Assembly: GCA_965220745.1 (NCBI GenBank)
Contig: CBDCQT010000013.1
Coordinates: forward strand, 160,001-224,000
Origin: Alphaproteobacteria bacterium
Lineage (GTDB): Bacteria; Pseudomonadota; Alphaproteobacteria; UBA828
Direction of reading: 5' to 3'
Length of the DNA stretch: 64,000 nucleotides
Shown: piece by piece, positions 63,259 through 64,000 of the stretch
Position numbering within the stretch: the first letter of the stretch is position 1
How the letters are laid out: the number at the start of each line of letters is the position of its first letter
Translations under genes and position numbers: made by a program
Notes under the pieces: generated by a model
The model's input: only the letters and a program-made list of their open reading frames with translations
Told to the model about the DNA's origin: nothing
Database searches by the model: none

Positions 63259-64000
63259 ATGTTCTCGGCGTTCGAGCGCCTCGTCGCGTTTCGTTACCTG
63301 CGCGCCCGCCGGCAGGAAGGTCTCGTCTCGGTCATCGCGGCGTTCTCGCTGATCGGGATTTTCCTGGGCGTCGCCACGCTCATCATCGTCATGTCGGTGA
63401 TGAACGGCTTTCGCGAGGAGCTGCTGACACGGATTCTCGGGCTCAACGGCCACATGACCACCTATGCCTTCGAGGACGGCTTTACCGACTACGATGCGCT
63501 CGTGGGGCGTATCGAAGGGGTGGACGGCGTCGTCACCGTCTCGCCCATCGTCACCGGGCAGGTAATCGCGGCAGCGAACGGCAGGGCCACCTTCGGCCAG
63601 GTGCGTGGCGTGCGCGAGGCACACCTGGAGGCGCGGCCGTTGCTGACGGAGAACGTGCTCGCGGGCACGCTCGACGGTTTTGCCGCCGGTGAAGGCGTCG
63701 TGATCGGCAACCGCATGGCCCGCAGGATCGGTGTCGGCGTCGGCGATTCGATCACGCTTCTCTCGCCGGAGGGCCGTACCACCCTGATGGGGTCGGTGCC
63801 GCGCTCGCGCGCCTATCCGGTGGCGGCGATCTTCGAAATCGGCATGTTCGAGTACGACAACACGTTCGTCTTCATGCCGCTCGACCTGGCCCAGATCTAC
63901 TTCAGGAAGAAGGGCGCGGTCACCGCCATCGAAATGACGGTCGCCGATCCCGAGCGCATACGGGAGGTCGAGGCGGGCGTGAAGGCGGTCGTGGGCGGTC
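63259..64000 (+). CDS. Lipoprotein-releasing ABC permease LolC/E (partial, runs off the window)
   Basis: Manual translation gives MFSAFERLVAFRYLRARR..LIIVMSVMNGF with no stop before the window end. Confidence 0.88.
   Translation, partial: MFSAFERLVAFRYLRARRQEGLVSVIAAFSLIGIFLGVATLIIVMSVMNGFREELLTRILGLNGHMTTYAFEDGFTDYDALVGRIEGVDGVVTVSPIVTGQVIAAANGRATFGQVRGVREAHLEARPLLTENVLAGTLDGFAAGEGVVIGNRMARRIGVGVGDSITLLSPEGRTTLMGSVPRSRAYPVAAIFEIGMFEYDNTFVFMPLDLAQIYFRKKGAVTAIEMTVADPERIREVEAGVKAVVGG

Overview
High-GC bacterial chromosomal window, most likely from an alphaproteobacterium (inferred from the short ProRS and the hupB-tRNA-Val-tRNA-Asp-nuoA..N-birA-coaX-rnj-mce gene order). From left to right: an IS110-family element with structured non-coding ends, cut by the window start; a minus-strand operon joining a CUT1 carbohydrate ABC transporter to acoABC acetoin dehydrogenase-type genes; a Tat multicopper oxidase; acetoacetate-CoA ligase; an MNT-HEPN toxin-antitoxin pair; an Rrf2-sufBCDSU-sufT-sufA operon; tRNA-Pro; DUF502; N-carbamoyl-D-amino acid hydrolase; a quinone oxidoreductase; an S8 protease lipoprotein; HU; tRNA-Val and tRNA-Asp; the complete 14-gene nuo operon and its downstream core genes; a roughly 16 kb accessory block (oxidoreductases, YtoQ, cupin, a binding-protein/VOC fusion, an ATPase-less polyamine-type ABC set, DUF3830-like gene, DinJ-YafQ, PhyH dioxygenase, OYE-type flavoenzyme, amidase); proS; and a partial lolC/E. 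No CRISPR array was seen. The best leads are the candidate IS110 guide (bridge/seek-type) RNA, the binding-protein/VOC fusion and two uncharacterised catabolic clusters. All calls come from reading motifs by eye; no database searches were run.
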